The translations under genes and the position numbers were made by a program. DNA of 64,000 nt from Candidatus Woesearchaeota archaeon (GTDB taxonomy: Archaea > Nanobdellota > Nanobdellia > Woesearchaeales > SKIA01), in assembly GCA_046704725.1 (NCBI GenBank), contig JBJKRI010000005.1:32001-96000 (forward strand), given 5' to 3'. Below the pieces are notes generated by a model that was given only the letters and a program-made list of their open reading frames with translations, had not been told where the DNA came from and made no database searches. This document shows, one piece after another, positions 17,387-27,148 of the stretch; within the stretch, counting starts at the first letter, position 1, and every line of letters begins with the position of its first letter.

Positions 17387-18210
17387 CGCCACTCCTTGTT
17401 GAGCTGGAGGCGGTTCGTGCGGTTATGCGGGGTCTTCTCGACCACGCCCTTGAGTTCGAGGTTGCGCACGACCTTGCTCATCTTGGACTTGGTATAGCCC
17501 GTGCGCGCGATGAGATCCTTCTGGAGGTCGACTCCCTCGCGGAGCAGCCCGAGGACCTCGCTCTCGTTGCTGGAGAGCGTGCGGTGCAATGGTTTCCTCA
17601 CGGCTCTCTTCTGGCGGCGCTGCAAGACGAGGACGACGCCACCGATGATGATGAGCGCTCCGAGAGCGGATAACAGGATGGCCGGCCAGTCGGTGGACGG
17701 CCCTTGGTAAGTGACAGCGAGCTGCAAGGGCGCGGGGCGGTCCCAGGAGAGCATGATGTTCTGCCCGTCCGTCCGCATGGAATCGGGCGGCGGGATGGCT
17801 CCGGCGGTGCGCGCGAGGACGAACTCGCGCGGCAGGGTGACCGTCACGTTCACTGTGTCCGAAGCGGGTTGCAGGTCAAGCCGCAAGGCGTGCTGGGAGC
17901 CGCTCGTGATGACGAGATTGTCGAAGATGAGGCTGAAGGCGACGGTGTTCTTCCCGGCGACGAGAGGATGCTCGAGGACGAGCGTGCCGTTCCGGATGCT
18001 GTACGGATCCTTGGAGATGACGCTCAACGGTTCATTGGAGAGATTCCAACGGACCTCGTTGTAGCTCTGGTTCGCGTCGATATGCAGGACGACGTCCTCG
18101 CGCACGATATCGTTGGGCGTGAGGGTGATGTGGACGACCGTCTGGGCCGCGCTCGCCAACGGGACGAGCAAAAGCACCAGAAGGAGTGCAGGGACGCGTA
18201 TCATCGACAT
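17383..18210 (-). CDS. Membrane-tethered transcriptional regulator (extracellular domain, TM, C-terminal winged HTH)
   Basis: Signal peptide, beta-rich domain, TM, LSSNESEVL...QKDL...TKSKMSKVVRNLELKGVV. Confidence 0.75.
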   Translation of the reverse strand: MSMIRVPALLLVLLLVPLASAAQTVVHITLTPNDIVREDVVLHIDANQSYNEVRWNLSNEPLSVISKDPYSIRNGTLVLEHPLVAGKNTVAFSLIFDNLVITSGSQHALRLDLQPASDTVNVTVTLPREFVLARTAGAIPPPDSMRTDGQNIMLSWDRPAPLQLAVTYQGPSTDWPAILLSALGALIIIGGVVLVLQRRQKRAVRKPLHRTLSSNESEVLGLLREGVDLQKDLIARTGYTKSKMSKVVRNLELKGVVEKTPHNRTNRLQLNKEWR

Positions 18211-18241
18211 TCGGATGCCTCAACGCTATTTATTGTTTGGC

Positions 18242-19783
18242 CTAGTCGTCATGCCCGCGTCCGTTCGAGGAGCGTCCGTGCGCATGCTGGCTGCCCTGAT
18301 CGCCTGCTTCCCTCTCCGTCCCGAACAGGGTCCGAAGACCGTTCTGGGAGTTGCCGTTCCCGTTGACCGAGGCATTCACAGACTTCTTGGCGAGGCCGGG
18401 GGGAATGTGGTCCTCCTGCTCCGTATTGCGTTGACCGCCCGCGCTGTATGCAGCCGCAGAGTGTTCGGGTGGGGTGTGCTGCACTGTGCGCGATTCGGTC
18501 TCCGTATCATTCTGCTCGGTCTGGTTCACGGCGTCGTCCTCCAAGTGCTTCTTGATGAGCGATGCGCCGTGCTCGGTGATGTCCTGCTGCGAGAGCAGGT
18601 CGGCATCCTGCGAAGGAGAGAGATTGTACTGTTGGAACAAGAGTTCCTTGGGCGTCGGCGTGTGGAAGCCGAAGAAGCCGAGGATCTTCTGGAAGATGCC
18701 CGGCGGCGTCCACTGATAATTGATCATGGCGTTGATGCTCTGGTCGCCGAGCTTGCCCGTCTTGATGAGGCGGTTGAGCACGCCCGGATTGAGCTTGTAG
18801 TGCTCGAGGATGTACGCCAGCTGAGCGTCGGTGATGTTTCCCGCTTCGAGCATCTGCGGGAGCTTCTCGAAGCCCGTGGCGAAACGGCTCATGTTCAGCG
18901 TCTCGTTGGTCTGGTTGCTCGTGGCGTTGATCGCCACGCTGAACGCGACGGTCTTGTTGACGGTCTGGTTTCCGCTGGTCGCCCATGCGGTGAGCGTGTG
19001 GCTGCCGTTGGCGAGGCTGAGCGTCGCCGTGTAGCTGCTGCAGTTCGTGCAGACCGCGGCCGCGCTGCCCGTGTCGATCGCGTAGCTGATGTTCGCGGCA
19101 AGATTCGTGCTGATGTCCACCGGGACTGTACCGTTGTACGTGTTGTTGGTCGGTGCGGCGAGCGTGAGGCTCAGGTTTGTCTCGTTCTGCGTCTGGTTCT
19201 GCGTGGAGTTCGCTACAAGCACGCTGAATGCGACGGTCTTGTTGACTGTCTGGTTCCCGCTGGTCGCCCATGCGGTGAATGTATGGCTCCCGTTCGTGAG
19301 GTTGAGGGATGTGCTGTAGTCGCTGCAGTTCGTGCAGGCGACAGTGGCGTTTGCGCCATCAACAGTGTAGCTGATGTGCGCGTCCCTATCAGTCGTGAGG
19401 TTCATGGGCACAGTGCTATTGTACGTGGCGTTCTCCGGCGAGACGATGGTCAGGTTCAGCGGCTCGATAGTAGAGACGGTGAATCCGACGACGACGGTGG
19501 TGTTGTTCGTGTCGGAGGACGCGTAGAGGATGTACTGGCCGTCGCCGAGATCGAGCGTGTCGCTGAGCGTGCTGCAGTTGGCGCAGCTCGCGTTCCTGAT
19601 GGAGATGTTCCCCTCGAAAAGGGTGTAGGAAAGAGCGGTCTCGTTTCCTTGGGCGTGGATCTGCACGGGGACCGTGCCGTTGTAGGTCTCGTTATTGATG
19701 GGTTGCGTGACGCTGAGCGCCGACGCGCTCGCCACGGCGATGCCGAGGATGAGCGCGTACGCGATGATGTGCGTGATTCTCAT
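18242..19783 (-). CDS. Secreted protein with three Ig-like repeats
   Basis: Signal peptide MRITHIIAYALILG; repeats ...CTNCS...GSHT(F/L)TAWATSGNQTVNKTVAFSV; many N-x-S/T sequons; HIPPGLAKK. Confidence 0.7.
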   Translation of the reverse strand: MRITHIIAYALILGIAVASASALSVTQPINNETYNGTVPVQIHAQGNETALSYTLFEGNISIRNASCANCSTLSDTLDLGDGQYILYASSDTNNTTVVVGFTVSTIEPLNLTIVSPENATYNSTVPMNLTTDRDAHISYTVDGANATVACTNCSDYSTSLNLTNGSHTFTAWATSGNQTVNKTVAFSVLVANSTQNQTQNETNLSLTLAAPTNNTYNGTVPVDISTNLAANISYAIDTGSAAAVCTNCSSYTATLSLANGSHTLTAWATSGNQTVNKTVAFSVAINATSNQTNETLNMSRFATGFEKLPQMLEAGNITDAQLAYILEHYKLNPGVLNRLIKTGKLGDQSINAMINYQWTPPGIFQKILGFFGFHTPTPKELLFQQYNLSPSQDADLLSQQDITEHGASLIKKHLEDDAVNQTEQNDTETESRTVQHTPPEHSAAAYSAGGQRNTEQEDHIPPGLAKKSVNASVNGNGNSQNGLRTLFGTEREAGDQGSQHAHGRSSNGRGHDD

Positions 19784-20044
19784 GCCAGGGGTTATGGGGC
19801 GCGGATATATAGAACGTTCCTGGAAACGGTTGCGCAACCATGAGTGTATAGTGTAACATACGCTTTTTCTCATAGGTGTTGGCGGACACGAACGCTTTAA
19901 ATGACGGACGGGTCAACGAGAATCATTCGCGATACGCGGATACCGCATCGGCGACAGCAACCCCCAACATAGCGACTTCTGCCGGTGCCTTTTATCCTTC
20001 TCGCATAAGATTTATAGTGTACCTATCCACTCGTGGGGAATTCC

Positions 20045-20674
20045 ATGGTAGAACGAGATGATTGGAAGGAAAGGGACTCTGAGGCTGTGCAGAGGTATCT
20101 CTCTGGGGAAGCGCGCGCTTTTACCGAACTGCATGATCGGTATCGGGGACCAATGATCAACTTTGCTTACAGGATCGTCAAGGACAAGGAGCGTGCAGAG
20201 GACCTCGTACAGGAGGCATGGATCCGTATGTACCGTCATATGCATCGTTTCGACCAGAGCAGGCGATTCTCTACGTGGGCGTATGCCATCCTCGCGAACC
20301 CGGGCAAGAACGAGTTGCGTGATCAGGGCCGGAATCCTATCGATCTCATTAGCACCATTGAGACTCCGGGTTGGAGACCAATGGAATGGTCGAATACGAA
20401 GCTTTCCACCGAGCGCACGTACGAGGAGCGTCATCTGGAGGAGGTCGTCGATAAGACGATCAGTCTCCTTCCTGACCATTTCCGTGCAGTATTCTATATG
20501 CGGGAACGCCTCGGCATGACCTACGAGGAAATCCAAGAAGTGCTCGATGTCACTATGGGAACTGTGAAGAGTCGTCTGCACCGAGCGCGGGTCAGGTTCT
20601 CTGAGCTGTTCAAGGTAAACCATCCAGAGGAATACGCGCACCAGGTCGGTAGAACGTACGCAGAGGCCGCCTGA
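20045..20674 (+). CDS. ECF-type sigma-70 factor (RpoE/SigW-like)
   Basis: Sigma2: AFTELHDRY...AEDLVQEAWIRM...FSTWAYAI; sigma4: LPDHFRAVF...GMTYEEIQEVLDVTMGTVKSRLHRAR. Confidence 0.9.
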   Translation: MVERDDWKERDSEAVQRYLSGEARAFTELHDRYRGPMINFAYRIVKDKERAEDLVQEAWIRMYRHMHRFDQSRRFSTWAYAILANPGKNELRDQGRNPIDLISTIETPGWRPMEWSNTKLSTERTYEERHLEEVVDKTISLLPDHFRAVFYMRERLGMTYEEIQEVLDVTMGTVKSRLHRARVRFSELFKVNHPEEYAHQVGRTYAEAA

Positions 20675-20730
20675 ACCCACTGGACATCCACGGTCCCGTC
20701 GCTTATAAACCGCTTTTCGCATAGCAGCTG

Positions 20731-20790
20731 TGCTTCCATCTGAAACAAGATGCGAACCGCAAGGTCCGGGAAGACCCGGAAGCAAGGAGG
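20731..20790 (+). promoter_or_regulatory. Structured 5' leader (four-way junction) plus AGGAGG SD upstream of the radA operon
   Basis: TGCTTC/GAAGCA enclosing CATCT/AGATG, ACC-GCAA-GGT and CGGG-AAGA-CCCG; TATA CTTATAAA at 20702. Confidence 0.5.
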
Positions 20791-20795
20791 CACAT

Positions 20796-21029
20796 ATGCA
20801 ACCCGAGAAGAAGTTCAAGGCCGGCGCCATCACGGCGACCGTCTGGCGCAACGAGACGACAAAGGACGGCGAGACCGTCACCTACCCGACAATCACGTTT
20901 GAACGCACCTACAAGGACAAGGAAGGAGCGTGGCAGACGACCAACAGCCTGCGCTCCGGCGACCTGCCCAAAGCGGCGCTCGTCCTCAACAAGGCCTACG
21001 AGTACCTCTCACTGGAGGCCGAAGCATAG
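20796..21029 (+). CDS. Small conserved protein, possible PC4-like ssDNA-binding fold
   Basis: [15 protein letters not shown]...[21 protein letters not shown]; strong SD; co-transcribed with radA. Confidence 0.7.
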   Translation: MQPEKKFKAGAITATVWRNETTKDGETVTYPTITFERTYKDKEGAWQTTNSLRSGDLPKAALVLNKAYEYLSLEAEA

Positions 21030-21049
21030 ATAAGCACGGAGGAAAACAC

Positions 21050-22009
21050 ATGACACAGACGATGACGATCCAAGAACCCAGCATCAGCGAACTGCCCGGC
21101 GTGGGCCCCGCGACAGCGGAGAAGCTCGCCAGCACGGGCTATGACACTGTGATGAGCATCGCCGTGGCCACGCCCGGAGAGCTCACGGACGCCAGCGGCG
21201 TCTCCGAAGCGGCAGCGAGGAAGATGATCGGCGCTGCGCGCGACATGCTCGACATGGGATTCATGTCGGGCGACGAGATACTCGCCAAGCGACAGGCCGT
21301 CAACAAGATCAGCGTCGGCGCGAAGAGCTTCGATGCGTTGCTCGGAGGCGGCTTCGAGACGGGGAGCATCACCGAATGCTTCGGGGAGTTCGGCTCTGGC
21401 AAGACGCAGATCGGCCACATCCTCGCGGTGAGCATCCAGAAGGAATTCCCCGGCTGCTACGCCGTCTACATCGACACCGAGAACACGTTCCGCCCCGAGC
21501 GCATCATGGAGCTCGCCGAGGGATTCGGCATCGACCCCGAGGACGCGCTCAAGCACATCAAGGTGGCGAAAGCGTACAACAGTGACCACCAGATGCTCTT
21601 GGCGGAGAAGGTCGAGGGCCTCATCAAGGACGGCTTGGACGTCAAGCTCGTCGTCGTGGACTCATTGACATCGCACTTCCGCGCCGAGTTCGTCGGCCGC
21701 GGCACCTTGGCCGAGCGACAGCAGAAGCTCAACAAGCACATGCACGTCCTGTCCAAGCTCGCGGACGTGCACAACCTGTGCGTCTTCGTGACGAACCAGG
21801 TCATGGCCAAGCCCGACCAGTTCTTCGGCGACCCCACGCACGCGATCGGCGGGCACATCGTGGCTCACGCCTCGACGTTCCGCATCTACCTGCGCAAGGG
21901 ACGCAAGAACAGCCGCGTCGCGAAGCTCATCGACGCCCCGAACCTGCCCGACGGCGAATGCGCGTTTTTCGTGCGTTCAGGAGGGCTCGAGGACATAGAG
22001 GTCTCGTAG
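21050..22009 (+). CDS. radA: DNA repair and recombination protein RadA
   Basis: N-terminal HhH ([12 protein letters not shown]); GEFGSGKT; [12 protein letters not shown]; [12 protein letters not shown]. Confidence 0.97.
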   Translation: MTQTMTIQEPSISELPGVGPATAEKLASTGYDTVMSIAVATPGELTDASGVSEAAARKMIGAARDMLDMGFMSGDEILAKRQAVNKISVGAKSFDALLGGGFETGSITECFGEFGSGKTQIGHILAVSIQKEFPGCYAVYIDTENTFRPERIMELAEGFGIDPEDALKHIKVAKAYNSDHQMLLAEKVEGLIKDGLDVKLVVVDSLTSHFRAEFVGRGTLAERQQKLNKHMHVLSKLADVHNLCVFVTNQVMAKPDQFFGDPTHAIGGHIVAHASTFRIYLRKGRKNSRVAKLIDAPNLPDGECAFFVRSGGLEDIEVS

Positions 22010-22020
22010 AGGCTCCCTTT

Positions 22021-23214
22021 CTATTTCTTCTTCCTCCTGCGTCGGACGACGACAGCAGCGATCACGATGGCGAGCGCCCACAAGAACCAGTAGTCGATGA
22101 AGACTATCCGGAAGAAGCCCTTCGGGGAGACGGCGAGCGTGACATTCGCGCTATCCTGCAATTGCTTGCCCTGGGCGTCCTCGAAATCGAAGAGCATCTT
22201 CAATCCGTAGGCGCCGGGGACCGCGTTCTTGTCGATATTGACCGTGACGCTGACTGTCGCGGTCTGTCCGGGATCGAGCCGGTCGATGTAGCGCGTGCTC
22301 CCATCAGTGGAGAAAGGGAACTGCGGCTCGAGCGAGGCGCGCACGTGGTACGCGGTGTCCGTCCCCGTGTTCATGACGCGCACCTGCACTGTGCGGGTGT
22401 TCTGGTTCGCGAACAACGCGCCCTGCTGGGTCGTGGTGTTGAACTGCGCGATACGGCTGACATGGAAGGTGAGCGGTAGGTTCGCGGTCCGCTGCGCCAT
22501 CATCTCATCGAGATAGCGCACATGCAAGGTCATGTTGTAGTCCTTCGCGGGAGCGTCCTTGGGGATTTTCACGGAGAAATCCGTTGTCCTTCCCTGCTGC
22601 GTGGCGATGCTGCCCAACGAGGCGTTCTGGCCGGCCCATTCCACCGTCACTGGAGGCGTGGCGGACAGCGAGGCGGTGACAGAGCGCGCAGTGAAGGTCC
22701 CGTCGTTCTGCACGTTCACGGTCACCGTCGCCGTGTCCCCCGGATAGACATCGACCGGGGAGGATCGCGCGACGTTGGCGGCGAGCTGGGGAGTGCCGTT
22801 CACGAAGACGTTGATGGTGCTCGTGGTGGTGTACTCGGCGTACAGGGAGGTCTGGTAGTCGTTGCTCACCGTGATCTGGTAGAAGCCGCCCGTCCCCGAG
22901 GGATCGATACGCATGGGGATGTCCACTGTGGTGCTGTTCGGACCGCAGACGGTGCCGGCGTGCACGGCGGTGACGCCGCGCAGGATGAACGGCGAGCCCG
23001 CCTGCAAGGTCGTGGTGACGTCCTGGGCGCAGGTGTCGTTCTCGGTGTTCGTCAATGTCAAGGACAAGGTGAAATCCTTGCCCACGGTGGCGCTGCCTTG
23101 CGTGATATGGTAGCCGGAGACGACGACGTGCGGCGCGGCCACGGCCTGTGCGAAGCCAGCGGCGAGCAGCAGCGTCAACGACGCCAGCAACAATGCGGTG
23201 ATGTCTTTTCTCAT
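22021..23214 (-). CDS. COG1361-type S-layer-domain protein associated with the ABC exporter
   Basis: Signal peptide, three Ig/CARDB-like domains, C-terminal TM plus RRRRKKK. Confidence 0.75.
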   Translation of the reverse strand: MRKDITALLLASLTLLLAAGFAQAVAAPHVVVSGYHITQGSATVGKDFTLSLTLTNTENDTCAQDVTTTLQAGSPFILRGVTAVHAGTVCGPNSTTVDIPMRIDPSGTGGFYQITVSNDYQTSLYAEYTTTSTINVFVNGTPQLAANVARSSPVDVYPGDTATVTVNVQNDGTFTARSVTASLSATPPVTVEWAGQNASLGSIATQQGRTTDFSVKIPKDAPAKDYNMTLHVRYLDEMMAQRTANLPLTFHVSRIAQFNTTTQQGALFANQNTRTVQVRVMNTGTDTAYHVRASLEPQFPFSTDGSTRYIDRLDPGQTATVSVTVNIDKNAVPGAYGLKMLFDFEDAQGKQLQDSANVTLAVSPKGFFRIVFIDYWFLWALAIVIAAVVVRRRRKKK

Positions 23215-23228
23215 TGGAAACCTCCGTT

Positions 23229-24797
23229 TCATTCGATATCCCTCTTGAAGACTGCGAACAAGATGATGAGCAATGCGGCAAGAAAGCCGAGCAATATGAG
23301 CATCGGGCCTGTCGTGGGTCCGATGGAGAAGCCCTTGATCATGACGTCGCGCAACGCCTGCGCGGCGTACGTGATGGGTAACGCTGCAGCGGCGGCCTGC
23401 AGGGTCTTGGGCATCGCCTGCAAGGGGAAGAACACGCCCGCGAGGAAGATGGTGGGCACGCTCACGAGCATGGCTATGCCTTGGTACTGGTTCTCTGTTG
23501 ACGCCATGCTCGACAATATCATCCCGATGGAGGTGCAGATCCCTGTGTAGATGATGAGGATGAGCGCGATGAGGAGCAGGCTTCCCGTGATGGCGGTATT
23601 GAAGACGAGGACCGCGATGAGCACGAGCCAAGCGGAACGGAACAATTCGAAGAAGACGTAGAACAGCAAGGTCCCGGTGATGATGGTCGCGTTGGAGGTC
23701 GGTGTGAGGAAGACCCGCGTCAATGACCCTTCGCGCTTCTCGCCGGCGACAGCGCGCCCCATGCCCATGACCGCGCCCTGGAAGATCGTGAGGGCGATGA
23801 TCGCCGGGATGACGAAATCGATCGCGCTCTTGCCCGTGCCGTACGCCGCCTTCTCCTGGTAGACGAGCGGCTGGAGCACGTCGTTGGCGTTGGCCTGCGT
23901 GAAGGTGTCGATGCGGGAGAGGGGCGCGAGGACCTGCGCGCCGTAGGATTGCTTCTCGAGGGCGCCCTGCGCCTGCGCGGCCTTGGCCACTGAGCTCGCC
24001 GCGAGCAACTGTCCGTCGGCGACGCCGAGCAGGGAGGAGGCGCCGCTGATGGTCTGCGCCTGCGCGCTCGTGGACGAGCCGACCGCGGTCCCGCCCAAGA
24101 GGACCTGGTTGGTGTTGCCGCTCGAGAGCACGTAGGCGTGCGGCGGCGGGACGGCGGCGCGCAATTGCTGCGCGTAGGCGCTGATGATATTGTTCGCTGT
24201 CGATAGCGACGTCTGCGCGGCTCCGGCGTGCGAGAGGATGGTGCTGTAGGCGTCGGGCTGCGCCTGGATGTAGCCATAGAGCGACTGCGAAGAGGACGCT
24301 ACCGTCTGCTGGTAGGCGAGGAGGCGCTGCGTCCCGATACGCGTGGCGACCTGATGCACGATGGCCTGGAGCGTCGCTTTTGCCGTGGCGCTGATGGACG
24401 AGTCGGACTCGTCCACGATGACGGTGATGGCCGCCTGGCCGCCGGCGTCGATCGTCTTTCCCAATCCCGGCGGTATCTCGACGATGACCCGGACCTTGCC
24501 GTCGTCGAGGAGCCGACGCGCCTCTCCCTCGGTGTTCACCTTGTAGCCGACGCTGAAGACCTGGCTGTTCGCGACGGCCTGCTGGACCTCCTGCGATAAC
24601 GGCGAGGAGTCATGCACGACCATGGCGGTGCTGATGTGCTTTGGGATGTTCCCGCTCGTGAAACCGAATATCAGCATCATGAAGACTGGGAACATGATGA
24701 GCGGGAGAAGACGCGTCTTGTCCCTGCTGATGACCGTCAGGTTCTTGTGCATGATGGCGAGCATCTTGCGCCAGTCCAGGAGCTTCTCTTGCGCCAT
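23229..24797 (-). CDS. ABC-2 type permease with large extracellular loop
   Basis: EKREGSLTRVFLTP; LAGVFFP...MP; six TMs. Confidence 0.9.
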   Translation of the reverse strand: MAQEKLLDWRKMLAIMHKNLTVISRDKTRLLPLIMFPVFMMLIFGFTSGNIPKHISTAMVVHDSSPLSQEVQQAVANSQVFSVGYKVNTEGEARRLLDDGKVRVIVEIPPGLGKTIDAGGQAAITVIVDESDSSISATAKATLQAIVHQVATRIGTQRLLAYQQTVASSSQSLYGYIQAQPDAYSTILSHAGAAQTSLSTANNIISAYAQQLRAAVPPPHAYVLSSGNTNQVLLGGTAVGSSTSAQAQTISGASSLLGVADGQLLAASSVAKAAQAQGALEKQSYGAQVLAPLSRIDTFTQANANDVLQPLVYQEKAAYGTGKSAIDFVIPAIIALTIFQGAVMGMGRAVAGEKREGSLTRVFLTPTSNATIITGTLLFYVFFELFRSAWLVLIAVLVFNTAITGSLLLIALILIIYTGICTSIGMILSSMASTENQYQGIAMLVSVPTIFLAGVFFPLQAMPKTLQAAAAALPITYAAQALRDVMIKGFSIGPTTGPMLILLGFLAALLIILFAVFKRDIE

Positions 24798-25732
24798 CAG
24801 TCGCGCACCTCTTTCCTCGTGAGCTGGATGAAGACATCCTCCAAGGACGGGTCGCGGCGCTCGAGGCGGATGATCTTCTGCCTCCTGTCATGGAGGAAAT
24901 GGCTGAGCTTTTGCGGCGAGCCCGAGCCGTGGACGCGCACGGTGTAGTGCTTTCCCTCCTGGTCGACCGAGGATACGTAGGCGAGCTTCCGCAATGCCGC
25001 CAGGATGCTCGTCGAGGGGGCGGCGAGCTCGACGAGGATGATGCGGTCGCTCACGATCTTATCCTTGAGCTCCTGCGCGGTGCCGTCGGCCACGATGTGG
25101 CCGTGGTCCATGATGGTGATGCGGTCGCAGATCTTCTCGGCCTCCTCCATGTCGTGCGTGGTGTAGACGATGGTCATTCCCTGGCCGTTGAGCTGCTCGG
25201 TGAGCTCGCGCATGGCGATGCGGCTCTGCGGGTCGAGGCCCGTCGTGGGCTCGTCCATGAACAATATCTTGGGCGTGGAGAGGATGCTCGCCGCCAATGA
25301 GAGACGCTGCTTCATGCCGCCGGAGAAGACGCCCGCGATGCGGTCCTTGTGCTGCCACAAGGAGACGTCCTTGAGGAGCTTCTTGGAGCGGTCCTTGATG
25401 TATCTCGAGGACAAACCGTAGAGCCTGCCGATGTAATTGAGGTTCTCCTGCGCCGTCAATTCAGGGAAGAGAGCGAAGGACTGGGGGACGACGCCGATGA
25501 CCGCACGGATGGAGACGCCCTCTTTCAATAGGTCGAAGCCCGCGATCTTCGCCGTGCCTTCGGTGGGCTTGATGAGCGTGGTGAGCATGCTGATGGTCGT
25601 GGTCTTTCCCGCGCCGTTCGGGCCGAGGAAGCCGAAGATCTCGCCCTCCCTCACTTGGAGGCGCAGGTTGTCGACGGCGGTGAAATCGCCGAAGCGCTTG
25701 GTGAGCCCCTCCATCTCGATCATATGCTTCAC
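24797..25732 (-). CDS. ABC transporter ATP-binding protein (DrrA-like)
   Basis: GPNGAGKTT; FSGGMKQRL; MDEPTTGLDP; start approximate. Confidence 0.95.
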   Translation of the reverse strand: MKHMIEMEGLTKRFGDFTAVDNLRLQVREGEIFGFLGPNGAGKTTTISMLTTLIKPTEGTAKIAGFDLLKEGVSIRAVIGVVPQSFALFPELTAQENLNYIGRLYGLSSRYIKDRSKKLLKDVSLWQHKDRIAGVFSGGMKQRLSLAASILSTPKILFMDEPTTGLDPQSRIAMRELTEQLNGQGMTIVYTTHDMEEAEKICDRITIMDHGHIVADGTAQELKDKIVSDRIILVELAAPSTSILAALRKLAYVSSVDQEGKHYTVRVHGSGSPQKLSHFLHDRRQKIIRLERRDPSLEDVFIQLTRKEVRD

Positions 25733-25844
25733 GTCAACGGGCAAGAAAGGCCCCATTTAAGTATTGAGTGGATGAGGACGCCGCATACCGCCCGGATTGA
25801 GGGGCGCTACTTTTATAAACAATCCATGGCTTGCCAGGCTTATC

Positions 25845-26171
25845 GTGAATACCTTCCGACCAACGCAGGCCCCTCCTGTTTCTGAAGGCCAGGAAGTGGA
25901 TGTACACATCGAAGCCATGGGCGACAAGGGCGACGGCGTCGCCAAGGTGAAAGGCTTCGTCATCTTCGTTCCCAGCGTTCAGAAAGGAGACTGGGTACGC
26001 ATCCGCATCAAGAAAGTGCTCGCGAACGTCGCTTTCGCCGACAAACTGCGCGAGGTGCAGCCGCCTCCGCAGGCGGAGCAGCAGAAGCAGCGCGCCGGCC
26101 CGAAGGACGAGTTCGCCGACATCGACCTGGAGAATCTCGGGGAAGGCACCGAGGACTTCGGCGAGGACTAG
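25845..26171 (+). CDS. TRAM-domain RNA-binding protein
   Basis: PPVSEGQEVDVHIEAMGDKGDGVAKVKGFVIFVP. Confidence 0.9.
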   Translation: MNTFRPTQAPPVSEGQEVDVHIEAMGDKGDGVAKVKGFVIFVPSVQKGDWVRIRIKKVLANVAFADKLREVQPPPQAEQQKQRAGPKDEFADIDLENLGEGTEDFGED

Positions 26172-26572
26172 GCGAGGAACACATCTATCGCTTCGATCGC
26201 TTCTTGCGGCTCCTGATACTCGACCACCGCCACATCCGGAGAACCTTTGATCATGAAGGAGAGCCGTCGCGCGCCGGGACGGAACAAGCAGAGGACAGGG
26301 ATCGACCGCTCGATGGCCCTACCGATCTCATAGCCGACACCGAGACTCGGCACCGTGACTTCCGCGATGATCGCGTCCGCGCTGAACAACCAGCCGCAAT
26401 CGCGGTCATGCACCTCTTTGGGCGTCCGATGCGCGTCCTGATTGACCGCTTTCTCGTTGCCGATGTGCTCTGTGAGGACGTCGTGCGCATTCGCGATGTG
26501 CGCGATGATCTCCTTGTAGCGGTCGGCGTCCTCACGACCCCCGGTGATGGAACCTGCGAAATAGACGCGCAT
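26168..26572 (-). CDS. 2'-deoxynucleoside 5'-phosphate N-hydrolase (DNPH1/Rcl family)
   Basis: VYFAGSITGGR; VLTEH; AEVTVPSLGVGYEIG; LSFMI. Confidence 0.85.
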   Translation of the reverse strand: MRVYFAGSITGGREDADRYKEIIAHIANAHDVLTEHIGNEKAVNQDAHRTPKEVHDRDCGWLFSADAIIAEVTVPSLGVGYEIGRAIERSIPVLCLFRPGARRLSFMIKGSPDVAVVEYQEPQEAIEAIDVFLA

Positions 26573-26658
26573 ACTGCTGCGTTCCGCCGATGGCTTATAT
26601 CATTTGCGCTGAATTCTTTTCCATACCCTCCTTTCAATGGCGGAGGTAAGGGAAACGT

Positions 26659-27018
26659 ATGCATCTGGGAATGCGCACGGTCAGGCTGGGACTCACGCTC
26701 GCGTTGTGGGGTGTGTCGGCGTCGTGGCTCGTGCAGACCGCGAACCCGCCCGCAGTCGCGGTCGTCTCCGGAGTGATCGCCGGCATCCTCGGAGCGATAT
26801 TCGGAATATTGCTGCTCATCGGCTTTTTCGTGCCCATCGCGGCGCTGGGCGCTGCGCTGCTGTTCGTCGCCATGGCGGTCGCGCAAGGCGTGAACGCCAT
26901 GGGAGGAGCCTACGCGGGACTCGCGATCATCTCCGCAGGGACATTGCTCGTCCAGGAAGAGCACATCCCGAGGCGCGAGCGAAGGCTGCTCACGCACATC
27001 TTCGGCGGCAAGCACTGA
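26659..27018 (+). CDS. Small membrane protein (DoxX-like)
   Basis: About four hydrophobic segments. Confidence 0.5.
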   Translation: MHLGMRTVRLGLTLALWGVSASWLVQTANPPAVAVVSGVIAGILGAIFGILLLIGFFVPIAALGAALLFVAMAVAQGVNAMGGAYAGLAIISAGTLLVQEEHIPRRERRLLTHIFGGKH

Positions 27019-27148
27019 GCCGAACACTTTAAGAATGGAGTCGCGTTCCGCCCCTTCATAGCCGAACCGGCGGTGTGCCGCCAACAACCACGTGAGGCGA
27101 TAAAAACCGTGGGGGAAGACGAGTTCTTTCCTCACACGAGGAAAATAC

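Noticed and set aside
20731-20790. tRNA gene (cloverleaf-like fold)
   Set aside because: Too short, lacks T-loop/D-loop consensus and a 7-nt anticodon loop; kept only as a leader RNA candidate.
23215-23631. Extended 536-aa version of the S-layer-domain ORF
   Set aside because: The extension overlaps the permease in another frame; the signal peptide begins at about 23214.
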